Positions 10,330 to 22,528 are shown, numbered from the stretch's first letter. The stretch: DNA of 64,000 nt from an uncultured Chloroflexia bacterium (GCA_963790255.1 CAWBOA010000014.1:21047-85046), one strand, 5' to 3'. Notes: generated by a model from the sequence alone, not told the origin. Translations and numbers: made by a program.

Positions 10330-11055
10330 ATGTCCAGCCCCCTCCCCCCATCGCTGCACGTCAGCCCTCACCCGCTGGTGGCGCACAAGCTCGCGATCCT
10401 TCGCGACAAGACGACGGAGCCGAAGAAGTTCCGCGAGCTCGTCCGGGAGCTGACCTGGCTCCTGGGCTACGAGGCGATGGCCGACCTCGCGACGGGCGCG
10501 CGGGAGGTCGAGACGCCGCTGGAGCGGACGTCCGGCGCCGAGGTCGAGCCGCGGGTCGGGCTCGTGCCGGTGCTCCGTGCCGGGCTGGGAATGGTCGAGG
10601 CGATGCTCGAGCTCATCCCGACCGCCGAGGTGTGGCATATCGGCCTCTACCGAGACGAGCGCACCCTGAAGCCGGTGGAGTACTACAACAAGCTGCCCGA
10701 CGCGGCCACCGTCCAGGTATGCCTCATCCTCGATCCGATGCTCGCCACCGGAGGATCATCGGCCGCGACGGTCGACATCCTGAAGGCGTGGGGCGCGGCT
10801 CGCATCAAGCAGGTCTCCCTGATCGCCGCACCCGAGGGCGTCGCGACCCTGTCGACTGCGCATCACGACGTCGACATCCACGTCGCGGCCATGGATTCGC
10901 ATCTCAATGAGCGCGGCTACATCGTTCCCGGCCTGGGCGACGCCGGCGATCGGCAGTTCGGCACCTTCGCCGGCCCAGCATCGGAGCCCGGCCATGGCCC
11001 CGACGACGAGACGGCCGAGGTCGTCCGGCGCCTTCAGCGCGACCTCGAACGCTGA
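10330..11055 (+). CDS. upp: Uracil phosphoribosyltransferase
   Basis: [39 protein letters not shown]. Confidence 0.97.
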   Translation: MSSPLPPSLHVSPHPLVAHKLAILRDKTTEPKKFRELVRELTWLLGYEAMADLATGAREVETPLERTSGAEVEPRVGLVPVLRAGLGMVEAMLELIPTAEVWHIGLYRDERTLKPVEYYNKLPDAATVQVCLILDPMLATGGSSAATVDILKAWGAARIKQVSLIAAPEGVATLSTAHHDVDIHVAAMDSHLNERGYIVPGLGDAGDRQFGTFAGPASEPGHGPDDETAEVVRRLQRDLER

Positions 11056-11183
11056 ACGGTTCGGGGCAACGAAATGTCCCGAAGGAACCGCCGCCGGACC
11101 ATTGATGCAATCGCTGGTGCCTTTGACTGCCCCTTCGGGACGACCGAAGCATATCGGCACCCGGTGCGCCGGCGCAATCCCGG

Positions 11184-11244
11184 TTCTCCACGACCTTGCG
11201 ACGGGCTCGACGGCTTATCCACATGTTATCCACACGGTGGACAT
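11184..11244. promoter_or_regulatory. DnaA-box cluster
   Basis: Perfect TTATCCACA at 11215-11223 and 11226-11234; degenerate boxes at 11184-11192 (+) and 11236-11244 (-). Confidence 0.65.
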
Positions 11245-11295
11245 TGATCCAGCCTTGACGAACGGGGCGGGCGATGCCGCTGATAGGCTGCCGCG

Positions 11296-11799
11296 GTGAG
11301 CCGATCCGTCCCTGCATGCCCCCGCTGCGCAAGCGCGGACGAGCAGCCGCTCGTGTGCGACCGATGCGGTTGGCGCTGGTACTCGAACCCCAAGCCGGCG
11401 GCGGCCGTCCTCCTCGAGCGCAACGCCGGCGGCGGCGGTGAGCCATCGGTGCTCCTGCTGCGCCGGGCGGTAGAGCCCGGCCTCGGCGACTGGGACCTGC
11501 CCGCCGGCTACCTCGATCCGGGGGAGTCGTTCGAGATGGCGGCTCGTCGTGAGACGCGCGAGGAGGCCGGGATCGACGTCGAGCTCATCGGCCTGGCGGG
11601 GGTCTATCACTCGCCGGCGGCGAACGCGGTCACCGCGGTGTTCCGCGGGCGGGCCGTGGACCCCGACGCGCCGGTGGCGATTGACTTCGAGTCGAGCGAC
11701 CACGCCTGGGTCCGACGCTCGGAGGTGCCGGAGTGGCGCTCGCGGATGGCGTTTGCCTCGATGGCCTCGGCGCTCGCCGACTGGGCAGCGAGCGGCTGA
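11296..11799 (+). CDS. NUDIX hydrolase with N-terminal zinc ribbon
   Basis: CPRC...CDRC; Nudix box GYLDPGESFEMAARRETREEAG. Confidence 0.92.
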   Translation: MSRSVPACPRCASADEQPLVCDRCGWRWYSNPKPAAAVLLERNAGGGGEPSVLLLRRAVEPGLGDWDLPAGYLDPGESFEMAARRETREEAGIDVELIGLAGVYHSPAANAVTAVFRGRAVDPDAPVAIDFESSDHAWVRRSEVPEWRSRMAFASMASALADWAASG

Positions 11800-11853
11800 G
11801 GGCGCGCCCCGGCGCGCTACACTCGATCGCGACCCAGCTTCGACAGGAGACCG

Positions 11854-12849
11854 ATGCCCGACTCCCCCGTCCGCGTCGCCGTGACCGGAGCCGCCGGCCA
11901 GATCGGCTACGCCCTCCTCTTCCGCATCGCCTCCGGTGGGGCCTTCGGACCCGACACCCGGGTGGCGCTCCAGCTCCTGGAGCTCGAGGCCGCGCTCCCC
12001 GCCCTGGATGGCGTGCGCATGGAGCTCGACGACAGCGCGTTTCCGCTGCTCGACGAGGTCGTCTGCACCTCCGACGCCGACACCGCGTTCCGCGGGGCGA
12101 ACTGGGCGCTCCTCGTCGGCGCCGTACCCCGCCGCGATGGGATGGAACGCAAGGACCTGCTGAGCATCAACGGCGGCATCTTCACCGGCCAGGGCACCGC
12201 GATCGCTCGTAACGCCGCCGATGACTGCCGCGTGCTCGTCGTCGGGAACCCGTGCAACACGAACGCCCTCATCGGCTCGACCGCGGCGGCCCGCCACGGG
12301 ATGGCGGCCGACCGCTGGTTCGCCATGACCATGCTCGATGAGAACCGGGCACGCTCGCAGCTCGCGGCGAAGGCCGGCGTGCCCGTCGCCGAGGTCAGCG
12401 ACCTTGCGATCTGGGGCAACCACTCGTCGACCCAGTTCCCCGACGCCTGGCACGCGTCGATCGGTGGAAGGCCCGCGCCGGAGGTCATCGACGACGAGGC
12501 ATGGCTGCAGGGCGAGTTCATCACCAGCGTCCAGCAGCGCGGCGCCGCGATCATCAAGGCGCGTGGCCAGTCGAGCGCGGCGAGCGCCGCGAACGCGGCA
12601 ATCGACACCGTCCGCAACGTTGCGCGCCCCACGGGTGGCACATTCTCGTCGGCCATCGCGGCGCCGGCGACGGGCGGTTATGACGTGCCCGAGCGCCTCG
12701 TCTTCGGCTACCCGCTGCGCGCGACCGCGCCGGGCAGCGTCGAGATCGTGCAGGGCATCGAGCACGGGGCGTTCGCACGCTCGCGGATCGAGGCCACCAC
12801 CAACGAGCTGCTCGAGGAGCGGGCAGCGGTCGAGGAGCTCCTGGCGTGA
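11854..12849 (+). CDS. mdh: Malate dehydrogenase
   Basis: [35 protein letters not shown]. Confidence 0.97.
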   Translation: MPDSPVRVAVTGAAGQIGYALLFRIASGGAFGPDTRVALQLLELEAALPALDGVRMELDDSAFPLLDEVVCTSDADTAFRGANWALLVGAVPRRDGMERKDLLSINGGIFTGQGTAIARNAADDCRVLVVGNPCNTNALIGSTAAARHGMAADRWFAMTMLDENRARSQLAAKAGVPVAEVSDLAIWGNHSSTQFPDAWHASIGGRPAPEVIDDEAWLQGEFITSVQQRGAAIIKARGQSSAASAANAAIDTVRNVARPTGGTFSSAIAAPATGGYDVPERLVFGYPLRATAPGSVEIVQGIEHGAFARSRIEATTNELLEERAAVEELLA

Positions 12850-14153
12850 CCGCCGACTCTCCCGCTCGGACCGATGCCGCCACGCTGCGCATCGGCGACC
12901 GCGAGCTCGACCTGCCGTTGGTGCGTGGCTCCGAGGGCGACGACGCGCTCGACATCAGCCGCCTGCGTGCCGAGACGGGACTGATCACGCTCGACCCCGG
13001 GTTCGGCAACACCGGCGCCTGCACCTCGGCCATCACCTTCCTCGACGGCGAGGAGGGGATCCTGCGCTACCGCGGCTATCCGATCGAACAGCTGGCCGAG
13101 GGGTCGACCTTCCTCGAGGTCGCCTACCTGCTCATCTGGGGCGAGCTGCCGACGCGGGAGGAGCTCGATCGGTTCGTCTCGGAGGTGACCCATCACACCC
13201 TCATCCGCGAGGAGATGCGGCACTTCTTCGACTCCTTTCCGACCGATGCGCACCCGATGGCCGTGCTCGCGTCGGGCGTGGTGGGGATGAGCACGTTCTA
13301 CCCCGACAGCCAGAACATCTTCAGCCCGGACGCGGTCGAGATCACGATCAACCGCCTCATCGCCAAGCTGCCGACACTGGCGGCGTGGTCGTTCAAGAAG
13401 GCGATCGGGCAGCCATACGTCTACCCGCGCAATGATCTGGGCTACTCGGCCAACCTGCTGCACATGATGTTCGCGGTGCCGAGCGAGGCATACGAGGTCG
13501 ATCCCGCCGTCGCCGAGGCGCTCGATCTGCTCCTCATCCTCCACGCCGACCATGAGCAGAACGCCTCCGCCTCGACCGTCCGCCTCGTCGGCAGCACGCA
13601 CGTCAACCTGTACGCGAGCATCAGCGCCGGCATCAGCGCCCTGTGGGGCCCGCTGCATGGCGGCGCCAACGAGGCCGTGATCAACACCCTCGAGCGCATC
13701 GTGGCCGATGGCGGAAACGTCCAGAAGTGGGTTGACCGCGCCAAGGACCCCGACGATGCGTTCCGCCTGGCCGGATTCGGCCACCGGGTCTACAAGAACT
13801 TCGACCCGCGCGCGACGATCATCAAGGGCGCCGCCGATCGGGTCCTCAGCGCCACCGGTGCCGACGATGCCCTCTTCGAGGTGGCGCAGCGGCTGGAGGA
13901 GGTCGCGCTCCGCGACGAGTACTTCATCAGCCGCAAGCTGTACCCCAACGTCGACTTCTACTCCGGCCTGATCTACCGCGCGATCGGCTTCCCGAAGAGC
14001 ATGTTCACGAACTGCTTCGCGATCGGCCGGCTGCCGGGCTGGATCGCCCAGTGGCGCGAGATGATGTCGTCCAAGGAGACGAAGATCGGGCGCCCGCGAC
14101 AGGTCTACGTCGGACCCGAGCCGAGGGAATACGTGCCCATCGAGCAGCGCTGA
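12846..14153 (+). CDS. gltA: Citrate synthase
   Basis: [40 protein letters not shown]. Confidence 0.98.
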   Translation: MTADSPARTDAATLRIGDRELDLPLVRGSEGDDALDISRLRAETGLITLDPGFGNTGACTSAITFLDGEEGILRYRGYPIEQLAEGSTFLEVAYLLIWGELPTREELDRFVSEVTHHTLIREEMRHFFDSFPTDAHPMAVLASGVVGMSTFYPDSQNIFSPDAVEITINRLIAKLPTLAAWSFKKAIGQPYVYPRNDLGYSANLLHMMFAVPSEAYEVDPAVAEALDLLLILHADHEQNASASTVRLVGSTHVNLYASISAGISALWGPLHGGANEAVINTLERIVADGGNVQKWVDRAKDPDDAFRLAGFGHRVYKNFDPRATIIKGAADRVLSATGADDALFEVAQRLEEVALRDEYFISRKLYPNVDFYSGLIYRAIGFPKSMFTNCFAIGRLPGWIAQWREMMSSKETKIGRPRQVYVGPEPREYVPIEQR

Positions 14154-14299
14154 TGCCCGATCGACGGCTCGTCGCGCTGGTCAGCACGCCCGCCGCCGTG
14201 CCATTCTTCGCGGCCATGGGCTTCCTTCCCGAATCACACGGCAATGCGGCCATGTACCTGCGACCGCAGGCTGCGGTCATGCACGGACACGCCTCCTGA
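14153..14299 (+). CDS. 48-aa protein resembling the C-terminal end of a GNAT acetyltransferase
   Basis: TGATG overlaps at both ends; LVSTPAAVPFFAAMGF resembles GNAT motif B. Confidence 0.5.
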   Translation: MPDRRLVALVSTPAAVPFFAAMGFLPESHGNAAMYLRPQAAVMHGHAS

Positions 14300-15063
14300 T
14301 GCGGCTCACGATCCTCGGACGCTCGCCGGCATCGCCGAATCCCGGCGAGGCGTGCGCCGGCTACCTCGTCGAGGGCGGCGGCGGGCGGGTGCTGGTCGAC
14401 ATCGGCCCCGGCGTGGTGTCCCAGCTCGTCCGGCGCCATCACCCCGACGAGCTGGCGGCCGTGGTGGTGAGCCACATGCACGCCGACCACATGCTCGACC
14501 TCGTCACCCTCCGCTACGTCTATCCATGGCGCGAGCGGCCGAAGGACCAGCGGCTGCGGGTCGTGATGCCACCGGGCTCGGCCGACCAGATGCACGACCT
14601 GGCGAAGGGTGTGGGCTCGGCGAAGCACTTCGAGGCTTGCTTCCGCATCTCTGAGCACGACGGCTCCACGCCGCTGACCTTCGACGGCCTCTCCCTGACC
14701 CCGGTCCAGACCCAGCACTACATCCCGTGCTGGGGCTTCCGGATCGAGGCCGATGGCCGCCGCCTCGCCTACACCGCCGACACCGCGCCCTGCGGCGGCC
14801 TCACCGACCTCGCCGATGGCCCCGACGTCATGCTGGCGGAGGCGACGCTGCGCTCGCTGGACGAGGACGCCGCGCCACCGGAGCCACGCGGGCACCTGAC
14901 CCCCGAGGAGGCCGGCGCCGCGGCGCGTACCGGCGGGGCAAAGCGCCTGATCCTGACCCACCTTCCCGTCGACGGTGACGGTGCGTGGGCGCGGACGACG
15001 GCGTCCGAGGCCTTCGGCAGCGAGGTCGAGGTCGCGGAGCCCGGTCGCACGTACGAGGTCTGA
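14299..15063 (+). CDS. MBL-fold metallo-hydrolase (RNase Z/BN-like, short form)
   Basis: SHMHADH, YTADT, LAEAT, GHLT, LILTH. Confidence 0.9.
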   Translation: MRLTILGRSPASPNPGEACAGYLVEGGGGRVLVDIGPGVVSQLVRRHHPDELAAVVVSHMHADHMLDLVTLRYVYPWRERPKDQRLRVVMPPGSADQMHDLAKGVGSAKHFEACFRISEHDGSTPLTFDGLSLTPVQTQHYIPCWGFRIEADGRRLAYTADTAPCGGLTDLADGPDVMLAEATLRSLDEDAAPPEPRGHLTPEEAGAAARTGGAKRLILTHLPVDGDGAWARTTASEAFGSEVEVAEPGRTYEV

Positions 15064-15072
15064 GCCCAGGGC

Positions 15073-15594
15073 TCAGTCCGCCTCGGGCACCCGCGCGCGG
15101 GCGATCCAGCGATCGGCGGCCCAGGTCGCGACCGCCCAGATCTGGCTGAGCGCCATGGCCATGAGCGCCATGACCCCCACCGCCGGCAGCGCGGCCGGGC
15201 CGATCACGACCCCGGCCATGACGAGCGTGGCGGCGAAGATGAGGAAGGCGACGGCGCCGAGCATGACCAGGGCGATCTTCGCGGCGGTGGCCATGAACCA
15301 GGCGAGCGGGTGCCCCTGGGCACGCCCGGTGAGCCACAGGACGCAGGGCCCCGAGGCGCCGGCGAGGGACGTGTAGATCCCGAATCCACCGAAGAGGGCG
15401 TCGGCGCCGAGCCGCTGCCCGGTGACGAACCACAGGAAGAGCCACGCCGCCAGGAGCGTCGAGAGGGCGCCGATCCCGATCAGCCACACCAGGAGCAGCG
15501 TCGCGGTCGCGCCAGAAAGGCGTTCGACGAGCTCACCGTCCTCGGTCTCGACCAGCTCGGTCGGGCCGTCCTCGCGCGGGGCGTCCTCCGTCAC
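15073..15594 (-). CDS. Hypothetical membrane protein (~4 TM)
   Basis: GTG overlapping upstream stop; four hydrophobic segments. Confidence 0.7.
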   Translation of the reverse strand: MTEDAPREDGPTELVETEDGELVERLSGATATLLLVWLIGIGALSTLLAAWLFLWFVTGQRLGADALFGGFGIYTSLAGASGPCVLWLTGRAQGHPLAWFMATAAKIALVMLGAVAFLIFAATLVMAGVVIGPAALPAVGVMALMAMALSQIWAVATWAADRWIARARVPEAD

Positions 15595-16745
15595 TGTGAG
15601 GCGGCGCCGAAGGCGGCCTCGAGATCGTCGCGGAGATCGTCGACCGCCTCGATCCCGACCGACAGCCGGACGAGGGTCGGCGAGACGGCGAGGGGCGACT
15701 CGGCCACTGAGGCGTGGGTCATCGGCGCCGGCAGCTCGATGAGGGACTCCACGGCGCCGAGGGACTCGGCGAGGATGAAGAGGCGCGTTGCCGCTACGAA
15801 GCGGCGGGCGGACTCCTCGTCGCCGCGCAGCTCGAAGCTGAGCATCGCGCCCGGCAGGCGCATCTGGCGCTCGACGAGCTCGGCGGCTGGATGGTCGGGG
15901 AGGCCGGGATAGTTCACGCGCTCGACCTCCGGCCGCTCGCACAGCCAGAGGGCCAGCACCAGCGCGTTGGCCGATGCGCGCTCCATCCGCAACGCCAGCG
16001 TGCGCAGCCCGCGCAGCACGAGGAAGCAATCGAACGGGCTCGGCACGGCCCCGGCCGCGTTCTGGTGGAAGCGGAGGCGCTCCGCGAGTGCGTCGGAGCG
16101 CGTCGCGACGAGGCCGCTGATGACGTCGGAGTGGCCGCTGAGGTACTTCGTGGCGGAATGAAGGACGAGATCCGCGCCGAGGTCGAGCGGTCGCTGCAGG
16201 AACGGCGTGGCGAAGGTGTTGTCGACCACGGTGAGGGCGCCGGCCGTGGCCGCCAGGCGCGCCACGGCGCTGATGTCGATCACCTTCATCAGCGGATTCG
16301 ACGGCGTCTCGATCCAGACCAGCTTCGGTGGCCTCTCGGACGCGAATGCCGCCGCGACGGCGTCGAGGTCGCGCAGGTCGATGGCATCGGTCTCGATGCC
16401 ATAGCGGCGCCAGACCTTGTCGGCCAGCCGCCACGTGCCGCCGTAGACGTCGTCGCTCATCAGGACGCGATCGCCGGCATCCAGCAGATAGCCGATCCCC
16501 TGCGTGGCGGCCAGGCCCGAGGCAAACGCCAGCCCGTGCGTCGCGTTCTCGAGCGTGGCGATCGCTCCCTCGAGCGCGGCGCGGGTCGGATTGCCGCTTC
16601 GGCCGTACTCGTAGCCGGCGCGCAGGCCGCCTACGCCATCCTGCTTGAAGGTGGAGCTCATCTGGATGGCGGGCACGACGGCCCCGGTGTGCGGGTCAGG
16701 GTCGGCTCCGGCGTGGACGGCGAGGGTCTCGAATCGGTCGGTCAT
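15591..16745 (-). CDS. Cystathionine gamma-synthase/gamma-lyase (PLP)
   Basis: YGRSGNPT, FASGLAA, ETPSNP, DNTF, HSATKY, SLGAVESL. Confidence 0.95.
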   Translation of the reverse strand: MTDRFETLAVHAGADPDPHTGAVVPAIQMSSTFKQDGVGGLRAGYEYGRSGNPTRAALEGAIATLENATHGLAFASGLAATQGIGYLLDAGDRVLMSDDVYGGTWRLADKVWRRYGIETDAIDLRDLDAVAAAFASERPPKLVWIETPSNPLMKVIDISAVARLAATAGALTVVDNTFATPFLQRPLDLGADLVLHSATKYLSGHSDVISGLVATRSDALAERLRFHQNAAGAVPSPFDCFLVLRGLRTLALRMERASANALVLALWLCERPEVERVNYPGLPDHPAAELVERQMRLPGAMLSFELRGDEESARRFVAATRLFILAESLGAVESLIELPAPMTHASVAESPLAVSPTLVRLSVGIEAVDDLRDDLEAAFGAASQ

Positions 16746-16779
16746 GTGCCGGCCATTCTGCCAGCGTTCGGCGTCGACC

Positions 16780-17208
16780 TCACCCGGCGGTGGCTTCGGG
16801 GCTCGCCGGCTTCGCGGCCTCGGGCTCGGTGGGGGCACCCCACGCGCGTCCCGCGTCTCGCGCCAGCCAGATCGCGATGAGCAGCACCAGGAATCCGTTG
16901 ACCGGGTGGAGCGCGGCGATCGCCGGCACGGAGCCCCGCTGGGCCACGAGGAGCGACTGGAGGATGAACTGGCCGAACATCACGGCGGCGGCGATCGCCT
17001 GCATCCGGCCGAAGCCGCCGACGAGGGACGTCACGATGAGGACGACGGGCAGCACGGTGAGGATGTAGCCGAAGTTCACATGGTTGTCGAAGCTCGCGCT
17101 GCGATCGAAGACGCCCATGCCGGCCAGGAAGACCTGCCCCAGCAGGCCCACGACCAGGAGCCAGGCGACGACCAGGTGAATCGGACGCGCGATGCGTTGA
17201 GCCATCAA
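16780..17208 (-). CDS. Small 4-TM membrane protein (DUF6220-like)
   Basis: QVFLAG...H...LQ...ALHPVNG pattern; GGAGG RBS. Confidence 0.7.
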   Translation of the reverse strand: MMAQRIARPIHLVVAWLLVVGLLGQVFLAGMGVFDRSASFDNHVNFGYILTVLPVVLIVTSLVGGFGRMQAIAAAVMFGQFILQSLLVAQRGSVPAIAALHPVNGFLVLLIAIWLARDAGRAWGAPTEPEAAKPASPEATAG

Positions 17209-17344
17209 GACGATCCTCCATTGCGATGCCGACGAAGCCGCGCCGGCACGATACCGCCGGGGGCACCCCGCCGCCTAGCGGGGACGTGCGTCCGCATATA
17301 GTGGGAGCCTCCGTCCGCCCTCAAGAGCATCCGCCCTGACCTCC

Positions 17345-18424
17345 ATGCGTCTCGCGATTGTCCTTCCCGGGTTGTCGAACAGTGGTGGTATTGAGCGCGT
17401 CGCCACGCTGCACGCCAACTACTTCACGAGCGCCGGGAACGATGTCGAGATCGTCACCTTTGACGATGCGGGTCCCCCCTTCTTCGCGCTCCACGATGAT
17501 GTCGCGGTCACGAACATCCGGACGGGACGCTGGCCCGGCCCCCTCAGCCGCATCGGGCAGGCGCTCGCCCTGCGCGCGCACCTGAAGAGATCGCGGCCGT
17601 CCGTCGTGATCTCGATCTTTCGCAACATCCTCGTCATCCTCGCCACTCGAGGCATGGCCACCCCCGTGATCATCACGGAACACATGGACCCGGGCCGCGC
17701 GTGGCTGGGACCTGGCCGTCGACACCTGAAGAAGCTGCTGTACGGTCGTGCGGACAGGTTGGTGAGCGTGAGCCGCGGGGTCGATCGACAGTTCAGCTGG
17801 CTTGACCCGACGCTGCGGATGGTGATCCACAACCCGGTGATTGCTCCCGTTCAGATGACCGCACCGAGAGTCCTCCCAGTGGGGAGGCGCCACCTCCTCG
17901 CGGCCGGACGCTTCGTCGAGGCGAAGGGATTCGACCTCCTGCTCGAGGCCTTCGGCCAGATCGCAACGCGGAATCCAACCTGGGATCTCTGCATCGTGGG
18001 CGGCGCACCGCCCCCCGAGTACCTCCGCCTCGTGGACGAGCACTCCCTCGACGGACGGGTCCGCTTTCCCGGGGTGACGCGCGACATCTCCCAGTACTTC
18101 CGCGAGGCCGACCTGTACGTGCTCTCGTCGCGCCACGAGGCATTTCCCATGGTGCTCATCGAGGCGATGGCGCACGGCCTGCCCGCCGTCGCGTTCGCCT
18201 GCCCCTCAGGACCGGACGAGGTGGTCGACCACGGGCGCAACGGCCTGCTGGTCCCCCCCGAGGATGTCCCTGCGTTGGCCAACGCACTCGACCAAGCCAT
18301 GCGGGACGATGCCTGGCGCGAGTCCGCGCGCGAGCAGGCCCTCCAGGTCGCCGATCAATTCGACCTGCGGACCATCATGCCTCGATGGGAGGCGCTGCTC
18401 AAAGAGGTGACCTCGGCGAGGTAG
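17345..18424 (+). CDS. Glycosyltransferase family 4
   Basis: GGIERV, AGRFVEAKGFD, SRHEAFPMVLIEAM (Ex7E). Confidence 0.93.
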   Translation: MRLAIVLPGLSNSGGIERVATLHANYFTSAGNDVEIVTFDDAGPPFFALHDDVAVTNIRTGRWPGPLSRIGQALALRAHLKRSRPSVVISIFRNILVILATRGMATPVIITEHMDPGRAWLGPGRRHLKKLLYGRADRLVSVSRGVDRQFSWLDPTLRMVIHNPVIAPVQMTAPRVLPVGRRHLLAAGRFVEAKGFDLLLEAFGQIATRNPTWDLCIVGGAPPPEYLRLVDEHSLDGRVRFPGVTRDISQYFREADLYVLSSRHEAFPMVLIEAMAHGLPAVAFACPSGPDEVVDHGRNGLLVPPEDVPALANALDQAMRDDAWRESAREQALQVADQFDLRTIMPRWEALLKEVTSAR

Positions 18425-18474
18425 TCGCTCTCGGAGCGAGAGCGAAAACGGGCCGCCCGTGCGGGCGGCCCGTT
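18425..18474. terminator. Tandem hairpins between convergent genes (intrinsic terminator)
   Basis: TCGCTCTCG-gag-CGAGAGCGA and AACGGGCCGCCC-gtgc-GGGCGGCCCGTT; short T-tract on minus strand. Confidence 0.75.
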
Positions 18475-18496
18475 CGGTGCGCGGTGCGCGCGAGGA

Positions 18497-19939
18497 CTAC
18501 GGCGCGAGCGCCCCGGCGACGGCCAAGTCGGCCTGCAGCAGGCCCTCGCCGGCCGCGTTCGCCGGCCAGGTCACCGTCACGAATCCCGGCGACGCGGCGC
18601 CGTCAACGACCCGGAACGGATCCCACACCTGTGCCGCGCCGGCACCGATGTCGACCGCGGTCGAGGTCATGATCGTCTCGATCTGAGCCTGCGTCAGGGT
18701 CGCATCCGCCTCCAGCATGAGCGCGGCGACGGCCGAGACATGAGGCGCGGCCATGGATGTGCCGCCCACGTAGTAGAAGTTGCCGGCGTTGCGTCCGAAG
18801 ACGTCCCCCCAGCCCTTGCTCCACCACGGCAGATGGTTGTAGCCGGGCGTGCCGGCGAACGGACCACGCACCCAGTCTCCCGGGGCGAGGACGTCGAGGT
18901 CCTGGTCGGCGTCGAGCGACCAGGAGCTGAACTCGGCGACGAAGGTCTCGTCCGCGACGGCCGGGCCCTCGACCACGTTGCCTGAATTCGGCTGGAGCGA
19001 CGTCAGGTCCCCGGCGACCGCCGCGGTGCCGCGGACGTTCTTCAGCCACCAGACGCGGTAGCGAACGCCGTTGTCCGGCGTGGTGCCGTCGGCGTCGAGC
19101 CACTCGCCAGTCCAGCCCGACGCACCAGCACTGATGACCTGTGCGTAGGCGCCCGGCCAGCCCATGCCGGCATCGCCATCGTTGCCGGCCGACGCGACGA
19201 CGACGACCCCGGCGGCGATGGCCGCATCGATGGCGTCCTCGATGACCTGCGCCGGAACGCTGTCACCAAGGCTCATGTTGATCACGACTCGTGAGCCCTC
19301 CAGCGGACCCTCCGCCAGGCTGGTGACGTAGTCAATGCCGGCGGCGACCATCTCGTCGGTGCCGAACACCTGCTGTCCGCCAACCCCGGGCTCCTCACAG
19401 CCCTTGGCCGGCGGCTGGGTGTAGTCAGCCAGGACCTTGACCGGGATGATCGTCGCGTTGGGAGCGATCCCGCGGACCTGAATCGGGGGCAGCGGGTAGC
19501 CCTCCAGCGCGTCCTGCTTCGCGGAGTACGAGTAGCCGATGATCGTGGACGTGACGTGCGTGCCGTGGGTCGAGCCGCGCGCGCTGAGGAAGTTCGTCTG
19601 GCGCAGGGGACCGCGAGCGGTCTCGATGAATTCGCACGGGTCCTCCGAGCTCTGCGCGAAGGTCAGGCTCTGGTAGAAGCCGGTACCAAGGCCAGTGGCG
19701 ACCCGCGACCGCGGGAAGTAGTCGGTCCAGTTCGGCACGAGGCCGGTGTCGAGGACGGCGACATAGACGCCGGCGCCCGTCTGGGCGAGCCCCTCGATGT
19801 TGATCTGGTCCGAGTCGTAGGTGTGGTAGCCGTCGGCGGTCGTGGTCGCGCCGGCGAATGGATTGCCCGCCGCGGTCGGTGCCGTGACAGCGATCGTGGC
19901 GATCAGGGCGCCGAGCAGCGCCGTACGCAGTCGTCGCAA
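18497..19939 (-). CDS. Secreted S8 (subtilisin-family) serine peptidase
   Basis: Signal peptide; VLDTG, HGTHV, SAGN, GTSMAAPHV. Confidence 0.93.
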   Translation of the reverse strand: MRRLRTALLGALIATIAVTAPTAAGNPFAGATTTADGYHTYDSDQINIEGLAQTGAGVYVAVLDTGLVPNWTDYFPRSRVATGLGTGFYQSLTFAQSSEDPCEFIETARGPLRQTNFLSARGSTHGTHVTSTIIGYSYSAKQDALEGYPLPPIQVRGIAPNATIIPVKVLADYTQPPAKGCEEPGVGGQQVFGTDEMVAAGIDYVTSLAEGPLEGSRVVINMSLGDSVPAQVIEDAIDAAIAAGVVVVASAGNDGDAGMGWPGAYAQVISAGASGWTGEWLDADGTTPDNGVRYRVWWLKNVRGTAAVAGDLTSLQPNSGNVVEGPAVADETFVAEFSSWSLDADQDLDVLAPGDWVRGPFAGTPGYNHLPWWSKGWGDVFGRNAGNFYYVGGTSMAAPHVSAVAALMLEADATLTQAQIETIMTSTAVDIGAGAAQVWDPFRVVDGAASPGFVTVTWPANAAGEGLLQADLAVAGALAP

Positions 19940-20053
19940 GGGGATCCCCTCCAGTGCACGAGATCACCGCTGCCTGTCTGCTGCGGTCTCTCTCGGTAAG
20001 GGCCGAATTCTAGAGGACTCGCCTGACGTCTGCCCGCGGCCGGTCGGGGCCGG

Positions 20054-21598
<1,545 letters not shown>

Positions 21599-21657
21599 GG
21601 CGATCCTCGTTTCCTGCGCGTTCTGGCCGCCCACGATACTCCGAGCGCCCAGTGACG

Positions 21658-22287
21658 TCAGCCGTTGCGCCAGCGCCTCGCGAGGCCAATCCCGACGGCG
21701 GCGACCGCATACAGCCCCGCGGCGCCGATCAGGATCGCTATCGGCCAGCTGTGCGGGCCGATCCCGTTGCCGAGCTCGGGGACGTTCGTCAGGACGATGA
21801 AGATCACGAGGACCGCCGCGAGCTGCGCGAAGATCCGAGGCGCAGCGGCGACGGCCTCCGGTGCAACCGCGACTCCGAACCGTGCGACGGCAAGGGCCAC
21901 CAGCGTGAACGAGAGTCCCGCGGTCCAGCCGATGAAGTCCGAGTCGTAGTAGCCGACCGACGCCTCGGCCCACTCGTGAAGGGCGAGCTCCTCGGCCACC
22001 GCCAGCGCGATGCCAGCGGACGGCAGAACGATATCCCCCGCGCGGACATCCAGCCAGCGACCGAGCGCGAGGTGCCCGGCGATGAGGACGCCGAGCATGC
22101 CGAGGACGCCGAAGAGGATCAGGAAGAGGGCGAGATCGAACCGCAGCCCCTCGTCCGCGTTTGGAAGCGGCGCCCACGAGAGGAGGGTGGTGGCGATGGC
22201 GAATGCGGTCAGGAACGCGATCGCGAGCGCCACCACGCTCAGGCCCGCCCAGGCCCACGGGCGGGACCGTTCGTCGAGCGAAATCAT
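21658..22287 (-). CDS. Hypothetical membrane protein (~6 TM)
   Basis: Multiple hydrophobic helices; start uncertain. Confidence 0.7.
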   Translation of the reverse strand: MISLDERSRPWAWAGLSVVALAIAFLTAFAIATTLLSWAPLPNADEGLRFDLALFLILFGVLGMLGVLIAGHLALGRWLDVRAGDIVLPSAGIALAVAEELALHEWAEASVGYYDSDFIGWTAGLSFTLVALAVARFGVAVAPEAVAAAPRIFAQLAAVLVIFIVLTNVPELGNGIGPHSWPIAILIGAAGLYAVAAVGIGLARRWRNG

Positions 22288-22342
22288 CGGCACCCTGACG
22301 TCAGACTGCGTCGGAGTGTGACGCCGGGAGTATCGTGGACGG

Positions 22343-22525
22343 ATGGAGACCGCCGACCGCACGTGCGCCATCTGTGATGCTCCCATCGACGTGGGCGAGG
22401 CGTGGATGCGCTCCGATCAGGACGGTGCCGAGCGTGTCGCGCACTCCGGATGCGTCTACTCCGAGGAGATGGAGCCGGAGGCGCGCGCCTGGTGGGTCCC
22501 GTCGGAGTACGGGCCGAATGAGTAG
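22343..22525 (+). CDS. Small putative Zn-binding protein (CxxC...HxxC)
   Basis: CAIC...HSGC; TATCGT -10 element 6 nt before ATG. Confidence 0.65.
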   Translation: METADRTCAICDAPIDVGEAWMRSDQDGAERVAHSGCVYSEEMEPEARAWWVPSEYGPNE

Positions 22526-22528
22526 CGC

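Noticed and set aside
17345-18424. Horizontally acquired glycosylation island
   Set aside because: Single GT4 gene with only a slight impression of lower GC; no companion or mobility genes.
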